A stretch of 64,000 nt of DNA, taken from positions 544,001 to 608,000 of the forward strand of contig OY843768.1 in assembly GCA_963693095.2 (NCBI GenBank), read 5' to 3'. The translations under genes and the position numbers were made by a program. Shown here in pieces: positions 56,401-64,000 of the stretch. The first letter of the stretch is position 1. Every line of letters starts with the position of its first letter. The notes beneath the pieces are model-generated. The model ran no database searches. It was not told the DNA's origin and was given only the letters and a program-made list of their open reading frames with translations. Origin of the DNA: Cenarchaeum sp. GTDB taxonomy: Archaea > Thermoproteota > Nitrososphaeria > Nitrososphaerales > Nitrosopumilaceae.

Positions 56401-59400
56401 CATCGCGACGATCACGGGCAACACGGGCTCGACGGGCACGGCGACAGAGGCCCTGGCGACGCCGCCGACAATAGACCGCGTGGTGCCGAGGATAACCTCT
56501 GCAGAGTTCACCGAGGCTGACACGATTGTCATCACGCTCTCTGAGGCCCTCGCCGGTACGGCCTCGACCATAGAGAGCTACACGTACGGCCTGACTGCCC
56601 CTGATAACACGAACACGCCGGACGACTCGGACGCCAATCCGGACGTCATCGTGCTGGCCACGGCAGCCCCCTCGGCCACGCCGCCAGTAAAGCCAGTCAC
56701 GTACAACGCCGGCTCGCGCACGATCACCCTCACGCTGGCAGCCGACGCGACTGCCGATGTGGCCTACACAGTAGAGCTGCCGACGGAGCTGGTCGACGTG
56801 GCAGAAAACGCGTTCACCGATAGGACAGAGGACGCGACGTACGACCCGCCAGAGGCCTCATCGCTCACGTTCACCGTGATGACCGGCTCGCCGCTGACCG
56901 AAAAGACTGGCGCAAACGCCAACCTGGCCGGAATAGGCAACACGATACGCATAACCCTCGGCCTCGACGCTGCCGTGACTGCGGTGCCGCAGATAACGCT
57001 GGACGGCAGGGACACGGCGTCAGTGGCCATGACCGCAGGCGCTGCCATGACGTGGAGCCACGACTATGTCGTGGACGCAACGCATGACAGCGCCACGGCC
57101 TCAGACCCGCTGGACATCTCCATGCTCGTCACGGGCAACAACGGCAACGTCGTGAGGATAACGGCCACGGACGGCCTGGCCTCGGGCACGTCAGTCACGC
57201 TGCCCCTGATCGACGCGGAGAGGCCGACGGCCACGGCGCTCACCGCCGCCGTGGTGCTCGCAGGGCAGTCCGCCGACGCGGCAGCCGGCACGGTGGCGGC
57301 CATCGGCGACAATGTCCTCGTGCGCCTCACGGCCGACGAGGAGCTCACCACGGCCGCTACCGACATTGCCTTCTTTGGCCGCACCGGCGTGAACGCCAAC
57401 TCGGTCACGCCGGGTGCGTCCAACCTGTACACGTACGCGCGCACGATACTCGACACGGACGACAACGGCCCACTCGCGTTCAGCCTTACCATGAGCGACA
57501 TTGCGGGCAACACGGCGACGGCGGCGCTCACGCAGGGCGACCTGACGGGCACGAACGTGACAGTCGACTCTGACGCGCCAACAGTCACCGCCATGTCGCA
57601 CAGCGACACGGCGCGCACGATAACGCTCACGTTCAGCGAGGGCCTTCTCGCGACCACGGCAGTGGCGGCCAACTTTGAGGTGCGCGGGTTCACCGAGTCA
57701 ACCCAGGTGCGCTCCCCCTCCGCACTGGCGCTCAACGCGGCACACGGCACGGCCGGAGTCGACTACACGGCCGGCACCCTGGCCTCTGACGCCTCGACGG
57801 TCACGATCGGCCTGAACGCAGACGACTCGTACGACGCGTACAAGGTCATCATCGCGACAGCAGTCACGGACACGGCGACCAACGCGTACGTGCCCATATC
57901 CAACCCCGACGGAGACGCGGCGACTGACGACAGCGACATCACGGTGCAAAAGACCGACATGACTGCCCCGCGGGCCACGGAGATATCCGTCACAGTCCAC
58001 GACGGCGCCGCCACGGTTGCGGCAAAGACGGGTGACGCTGCAGGCTTTGCCGGCATCGGCGACACGGTTCGCCTGGACATCACGCTCAACGAGGACGCCT
58101 CTGGCACGCCGACCATAGACGTGGCCGGCGAGACTGGCGAGATGATGAACGACAGGGGAGACGTCGACGCAAAGACATGGCGCTATGACCTTACCGTGTC
58201 GGCCACGACAACTGAGACGTCATCGCTGGACTTTACGATAACGGTCACCGACGGCACAACACAGGGCATGATAACTGCCACGACCGGCCACGTGGGCACG
58301 CTGACATTCGACCGGCCGGCCATAGACAGGACGGCGCCGACGGCCTCGTCTCTCACCACGACGGTGAGGCTCGAGGGCGCGGCAGCAGACTCGTCCACTG
58401 TCACGCTGGCAGGCATCGATGACGACGTTCGCATCAACGTCACGGCCAGCGAGCCGCTAGTCACGGCCGTCGGCGACATTGCGCTCTTTGGGACGTTGAC
58501 TGCCGCTGACTCGGTGGATCCAGGCGCGTCCAACGCGTACTCGTACGTGCGCACGATAGTCGACTCGGACGCCAACGGCCCGCTCGCGTTCAGCCTGACG
58601 ATGCGCGACAGGGCCGGCAACACGGCGACGCTCACGCAGGCCGACGTGGACGGCACGAACGTCACCGTCGATGCCGACGCGCCGACCATCATGTCTGCGG
58701 TGACGGCATCGACTACGACGCTCACAGTCACGCTCTCTGAGGCAGTTACGGGGACGTCCATGGGCGGACACTGGTCGGCAATCGACACGGATCCCGCCGT
58801 GACGGCCGCAATCTCCGCGGCAGACGTCTCGGGCAGCACGGTGACGCTCACGTACACGGCGATCGAGGACACGTCATTCAGCCCAGAGGTCACGTACACG
58901 GCGCCGTCCTCTGGAGCGCCGGCTGACGCGGCGCGCAACGCGCTGGGCGGCAGCCCCGTCACCGCCGCTGACGGCCTGAGCCCAACGGCCACGGCGGCCT
59001 TCTCGGGCAACTCTATCGTCATAACGTTCAGCGAGCCTGTCACCGGCGTGACGTCAATGGGCGTCACGGCGCCAAGTGCGTCCACGCCAACATCCATGAC
59101 CGCAGACTATGACGACGGCACGAGGACCGCGACGATAGACCTCACCGCGCCGATAGCAACAGGCACGTGGACAGTCAACATACCGATGACAGTCATTGAC
59201 GCGTCCAACAATGTGCGCGCCACTGCCAGCGTCACTGCCGATCGCGCGGCGGCTCCCACGGCGACAGTCGCCTACGAGGTGCAGGACCAGAGCACGGGAA
59301 CGGCGCGCGCCGCGCCGTACACAAACCACGCGCGCGAAGGTGACGTGATCAGGCTCTCGCTCACGCTCAGCGAGGCAGTCGACATGGCACCGACTGTCCT

Positions 59401-62400
59401 CTTTGTTGGCAAGACTGACAGTCCGGACACGACAGCAGATGACGCCAACACGGTAACCATGATGCAGGTCGGCAGCACGATGGAGTGGTACGCAGACTAT
59501 ATGGTCGAGACGGTGGCTGCCGCACCGGCCATAGACGGCCAGTTCACGTTCATCGCGACGCTCACGGGCAACATGGGCGCTATGGGTCCTGTGACGCAGG
59601 CCTCGACGTCGCCGCCGACAATAGACCGCGTGGCGCCGACGCTCAGCGCGGCGCAGACTGACGGCCTGCGCGAGGTCTCTGTGACGTTTAGCGAGAGCGT
59701 GTGGGGAACCACAAGTGCCTCCGAGTGGACAGTCGGCGGCACTGCTGCGGAGAGCATCACCACTGACGGCTCGGCGCAGACCGGCGACCTGAACCTCGTG
59801 CGGAGGGCAACTCTGGCCATCGGCCTCTCGCAGGCCGGCGAGCTCGCCGGCGGCGAGGCGAGGCCGGCAGTAGCCCTCATGGCACGCGCGTCCGGTGGCC
59901 TCGTAGATATCGCCGGCAACCCCGTGGATGGCACACCGGTCACGGCCATAGACCGCATACGCCCGAGCCTCGTCTCCATGGAGTTCACGGCGCCCCGCAT
60001 GATCACAGTCACGCTGAGCGAGCCCATTGATGCTGACACGCTAGGCAGGAGCATCCCGCAGGGCAGCCTGAGCCCGCGCCTCGGGGCAATCACGGTCAAC
60101 TATGCGGCCGGCGCCGAGTCGCTCACGCTGATGACAGTCAATGGCGCAGTGGAGGGCACAAGCCACTCGCTCACGCTGCCCTCGCGCGTGACTGACGCGG
60201 CCAACCCTGCCGGCGTGGCGCGCAACAACATCCTGCCGACCTCCGTCTCAGACAGCCTGCCTAGCACGGTGGAGCCGACATACACGGCGCGCACGTACAA
60301 CGCCTCGCACGTCATCGTGACGTTCAGCGCGCCCGTTCAGGGCACGACGGCGGCGTCAGAGTGGACATTTGAAGTGCCGCCATCTGACCTGGTGACACCA
60401 GATGGCACAGGGCGGGCGGTAAACGCGGTGGCTGACAAGATTGATCCGGACATGACCGAGAGGCTTGATGACACGATACTGGCGTCATCTGCGTTCACCG
60501 GCCCATTCTATGTCGGCCACAAGGATCCAAGTGACGGCACATTCCCCGTCTGGGGACCGGGCGCCACGCCGGTCGTGAGGTTCACGATGCCGTCCAACGG
60601 CCTCGCCAGCGTTGTTCCGGAAGGTGACACGCCCATCACGCTAAAGACGGGTGCCGTGACTGCCGCTGACGCCATCGCGCCCACGGCAGCCTCGGCAGTC
60701 TTTGACACGCCGACTGAGGTCCACGTCACGTTCAGCGAGGACGTCCGCATCCAGAACCGCGACGGCCTGACAGTCTCCGGACTTGCCGTCACCGGCGCCA
60801 TGCTCGGCATGTCAGACAACATAGTGGTCCTCACCGTCAGTCCGCCGGCCGTCGAGGGCACGGCGCACACAGTCGGCATCGCGCGCGCAAGCGTGCAGGA
60901 TGGCGGCGGCAACACGCTTGCGGCAGACAGGACATTTAAGAACGTCATGTTCCAGGACGTTCTGGCGTTCACGGCATCCACGTTCAGGGCCGCCTCTGGC
61001 GAGCACGTCAGGGTCGTCCTCGATGACGACACGGTGGGAACGACGGTGGCCGGCGAGTGGTTCATCGGCGTTGCCGCCGACGGGACCGGCGGTGCGTCGG
61101 CGGCCTCGCTCTCGGCAGTCTGCACGGCCGGCGCAGGCCCCGCGGTCCAGGCGTCGATCAACATGGCCGACATTTGCCCCGGTGCTGCCGAGTTTGAGCC
61201 CAACACGATATACCTCGCATACGTCGCGCCGGACTCGGGCGCGACGCCCCGCGTGGCGTACAGGGCGCCGGCCGGAGACGGCGCGACGCCCATAGTCTCG
61301 ACGGTCAACATGCTCGGCATATCCGATCGCGCAGTGCTCGCCACAGACGGCCTGGCCCCGCTCTTTACGGCGGCGGCGACGACGAGCTCGAAAACCCTCA
61401 CGGTGACGTTTGACGAGGACGTCACGGCAGCGGCCGGAGGGCCTGACGCCTCGCGCTGGTACCACTATGACTCGGCCGTCGACCCGCCCACGCGCGCCGA
61501 GCTCAACATGGCAGTCTCGGCGATGACAATGTTCGACTCGGCAACGCTGGACGACCGCACGCTCACGCTCACGCTGCCAGAGGATTACGCGCCCTCAAGC
61601 GGCTGGGGACCCGGCGACACGGCCGCCGTCCCGCAGACGATAGGCTATGTCGTGCCGGCCGGGGAGACGGCGGACATACTCGATGCCTCACCGGCGGCCA
61701 ACGGCCTGGCAGACGGCACGGCGATCCGTGGCGTCACTGACGACGCGCCGCCAGAGATCGCCATGCTCACAGTCGTGGTCCTCGATGACAGCTCGCCAAG
61801 GGTGCCAAAGACCGACGGCTATGCGCACATCGCCGGCGCCGGTGATGCGATACGCGTCACGCTAGAGCTCTCCGAGCCGTCCTCGACCACCTCGCTGCCG
61901 AGAATCTCGGCGCTAAACGTGCAGGCCACGATGGCGCTGAGCAACGGCGACATGACGGCCACATCAGCAGACATCGCCGTGCCCGGCTCGTGGCCGAGCG
62001 ACGGGCCACTAGAGTTCACCATCACCGTCAATGACGCCGTGAACCCACCCAACGAGGCGTCGTTCACGCAGGAGGACCATGACAACCAGGAAGACGTTCA
62101 GCCGGTCCTCGTGGACGTCAACATGCCGAGCATCGAGGCCGTCCTGAGAACGTCGACTGACATGGTCCAGCTAGTCTTCTCCGAGGATGTCACCGGCACG
62201 GACAGCGTTTCGGTGAGCGCTGACGCAACGCCAGACGCGGCCACTGACCCGACAGCGCCCGTACTCATCAGGCCGTCGCCGGCGGGCAGCGACGCGACTG
62301 CGGCACTCGCACTCGTGCAGGGCACGTACATATTCACGATAGGGACCGGCGTCACCGACCTTGCCGGCAACGCGTTTGTGCCCCAAGAGGTCACGATCGG

Positions 62401-64000
62401 CGAGGGCGGGGAGATCGAGTCAGACACGCTCGTCGTGCCGGCCAGCGGCGCGCTGCCTGTCACGATCAGCGCGCCTGATGAGCGAGGACGGCCCATGGCG
62501 CCTGTCACGCTCCTCGTCGACGATCTCGTGGCAGACGACAGCACGTTTGATGGGGATATCACGATTCGCCTCGGGCGCTCCGAAGTCACTATATTCAGCG
62601 GGACCATGATCAACGACCTCGGCCCGACAGACGACGACGCGCCCACGCAGGGCACGCTCATCGCCGAGCTTGCGCGCCGCCTCGCCGACCTGACATACCA
62701 CGGCGCACTTGATGCTGACGACGAGGCCGCGCAGACGGCCAACGAGCGCGCCGCGCGGGCCATCACCTCCAGTGAGCCGGCAGTCCTCGTCACGCTAGGC
62801 AAGAGGTCTGATGCCGAGTCGGTCCTGTTCTCGAAACCAGTCCTGATCAGGCTTGATGGCGTCTCCGAGTCAGACCACATATTCTACATGGAGGCCGACC
62901 AGGATGTCGTGGACCGCATGCTCGTGACGGCGATACCGACGTGCCGTGATGCCGGATACGAGGACTTTGACCCCGAGACGGGACCGACACTGGGCAGCGC
63001 AATGACAGAGGATGATGCGCGCGAGTGCCACGTGCGCGACGGCGGGGACATTCTCATCTGGACGAACCACTTTACGCAGTTTGGCGGCAGCTTGCAGGGC
63101 ATACGCGTGGGCGGCGGCGGCGACGGGTGCGATGACTGCACGCCGCCAACGCTAGGAATAGACAGCACCGGAGTCCGCAGGGTCGCCGGCGGGTTCTCGT
63201 ACAATGCCGACACAATAGACGCCGAGTACTATTACACGCCGCTCCCGCTAATCACGGTAGAGACTGGCGAGGAGAACACGGCTGTCATCAAGGTCTTTGA
63301 GGACACCGGGCCGCAGAACGTGCGCCACGTCGGCCTGGGCTTTGGCCTCTCGCGCGGGCAGCACTTTGCCGAGTCGCAGGCCGAGATTAGGGTGCACCTG
63401 CCGTTTAGCGGCGCGCCGACCATCTCGCTTGACGATCCGGCCGGCGCCATCGACGTCGACTCGCTGCGTGCCATGACGGCAACGGGTGACTGCATGGCCG
63501 GATCGACTGCCGAGTGCCTCATCGTCACGATATACCACACGTTCCATGAGCCACTCGACTTTAACGTAGTCTCGACGATGGTCTGGGATGACAGGCGCAA
63601 CTCGTGGCAGAACTTTTTCAACCACGGCATCCACATCACCGGCGAGTCGCTAAACCCGCGCCACGGCATCGCAGTCAACGGCGGCGGGCTTGTCCTCTAC
63701 CCGCTCATCTCGGGCCACGTCGATGATGACGGTGACGGGATATACGATTATGACGCGCGCCACGTGACGTACATGCTAGACGAAGACCACCGCGTGTACC
63801 GCCTCACGCCTAACGGGACGTACCAGCTTGCGCGCAACCTCGCCTCGCTCCACCACGAGATTGACGACTCGATGTATGACGAGTCGCGCCTGACCTCGCA
63901 TGGGGCCGCGCGCGGAACGGTATTCTTTGATGAAATAATCGATAGGGAGCGCCGCATAGCCGCCGAGTACCTCAGGTCCATGGGAATGTCAATTGACATT
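20252..64000 (+). CDS. Giant repetitive surface protein, 3' part (about 14,580 aa, 3'-partial, absent from the ORF track)
   Basis: The frame with codon starts at position mod 3 = 2 opens after TGA 20207-20209. It reads the same module families wherever I translated it (e.g. 25322, 46202, 62402) and is still open at 63962-64000 (AEYLRSMGMSIDI). The track lists no + ORF in this frame after 19696, as expected if no stop occurs before the window end. The first ATG is at 20486, mid-module and without a signal peptide. Confidence 0.92.
22286..22950 (+). repeat. Block duplicated at ~37793-38460 (ASSIAFEVYDGTPDAGTLKTGDS.LLASDGDTIRLILTL…)
   Basis: The DNA is near-identical from gcaagctcgatagcctt onward. 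The offset is 15,507 nt, which keeps the frame. Confidence 0.9.
23005..24020 (+). repeat. ~1 kb three-module block duplicated at ~33655-34665 (…LADPDGDGPL.EITPASVVY.RP…)
   Basis: Shared tracts include acggcgccggccgagtggaccgtcgccggctcgacagtca and ccgacggccagggcggcctttttgggcagcgcgatcgtcatcctgttcag. Confidence 0.88.
30242..32640 (+). repeat. Local tandem duplication (period ~1.34 kb); further copies at ~13200-13910, ~33295-33655 and ~48190-48905
   Basis: 30707-31032 and 32042-32367 are 326 bp long with about 6 mismatches by eye, at an offset of 1335 nt. The PDPYASHAR.. module starts at ~30242 and ~31598. Confidence 0.9.
46202..46780 (+). other. Internal ZU5/GAIN-like putative autoproteolytic domain (…EC…EDCYVEDGADVVIWTSHMTQFG)
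   Basis: This is a non-repeat domain inside the 3' frame, with Cys codons at 46661 and 46715 and H-M-T at 46757-46765. It is clearly paralogous to the domain at 62400-63090. The fold assignment is inferred from the motif. Confidence 0.6.
53850..55625 (+). repeat. ~1.8 kb block duplicated at ~57612-59415; more diverged copy at ~20215-21600 spanning the frameshift
   Basis: Shared tracts include ctttgccggcatcggcgacacggttcgcctggacatcacgctc and cccacggcgacagtcgcctacgaggtgcagga, and the module order is collinear. Confidence 0.86.
62402..63085 (+). other. Distal ZU5/GAIN-like putative autoproteolytic domain (…LFSKPVLIRL…TC…RECHVRDGGDILIWTNHFTQFG)
   Basis: It has a ZU5-like F-x-K-P-V motif at 62828-62842, Cys codons at 62942 and 63026, and H-F-T at 63068-63076 followed by QFG. 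The fold assignment is inferred from the motifs. Confidence 0.65.
63110..64000 (+). other. C-terminal non-repeat domain (GGGG-DGCDDCTPPTLG…GGFSYN…YYTPLPLITVETG…VWDDRRNSWQNFFNHG…GESLNP), thaumarchaeal type
   Basis: Direct translation shows an aromatic-rich globular sequence with CxxC (63128/63137), a second Cys pair (63491/63515) and DDDGDGIYDY (63722-63751). The resemblance to C-termini of Nitrosopumilaceae secreted proteins is from memory and has not been searched. Confidence 0.6.

Noticed and set aside
20549-58162. RGD tripeptides (20549, 25478, 46487, 58154) as integrin ligands
   Set aside because: A few RGDs are expected by chance in a Gly/Asp-rich protein of this length, and they are not conserved in sibling modules.
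256-62609. Short alternative-frame + strand ORFs (Arg/Pro-rich)
   Set aside because: They are off-frame readings of ACG/GCG/GAC-rich codons and show no independent coding signal.
420-63999. Numerous minus-strand ORFs, up to 892 aa (49978..52656)
   Set aside because: They are antisense shadows of a GC-rich coding frame. They are low-complexity (V/S/A/P- or R-rich), mirror the + strand repeats, show no recognisable domains and lie wholly inside the giant CDS.
1-64000. CRISPR array, IS element, tRNA or rRNA
   Set aside because: All repeats are in-frame coding modules. I saw no repeat-spacer periodicity, terminal inverted repeats, transposase or RNA gene signature.
1-64000. Naming the gene as halomucin, SwmB, LapA or SiiE
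   Set aside because: The similarity is only generic (size, acidity, FSE…D.AGN modules). There are no RTX nonapeptides or other diagnostic regions, so no symbol was assigned.

Overview
The whole 64 kb window is one + strand coding sequence with no intergenic DNA. It encodes a giant, acidic, Thr/Ala/Val/Gly/Ser/Asp-rich repeat protein, most likely a cell-surface adhesin, built from roughly 100-130 aa beta-sandwich-like modules (T.V.FSE...W.V...TP.V.Y...D.AGN, and HARAGD.IRL.../FVGK... types). The ORF track shows only the first 6.8 kaa (9..20453). It misses a second frame that is open from 20210 to the window end, about 14,600 codons with no stop. The two frames join through a single missing base at about 20252-20256. 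Restoring that base gives one ORF of at least 21,333 codons, open at both window ends. Two non-repeat domains (about 46200-46780 and 62400-63090) carry a Cys pair and end in IWT-x-H(M/F)T-QFG, which resembles the ZU5/GAIN/Nup98 H-x-[ST] autoproteolysis motif. The second is followed by a GGGG-DGCDDCTPPTLG...GGFSYN domain that I recall from C-termini of Nitrosopumilaceae (Thaumarchaeota) secreted proteins. With about 65-70% GC and frequent ATA/AGG codons, this suggests a high-GC, possibly sponge-associated ammonia-oxidising archaeon (inference). The gene is a patchwork of duplicated and mosaic modules with AT-rich hypervariable loops. I saw no RNA genes, CRISPR arrays or mobile elements.
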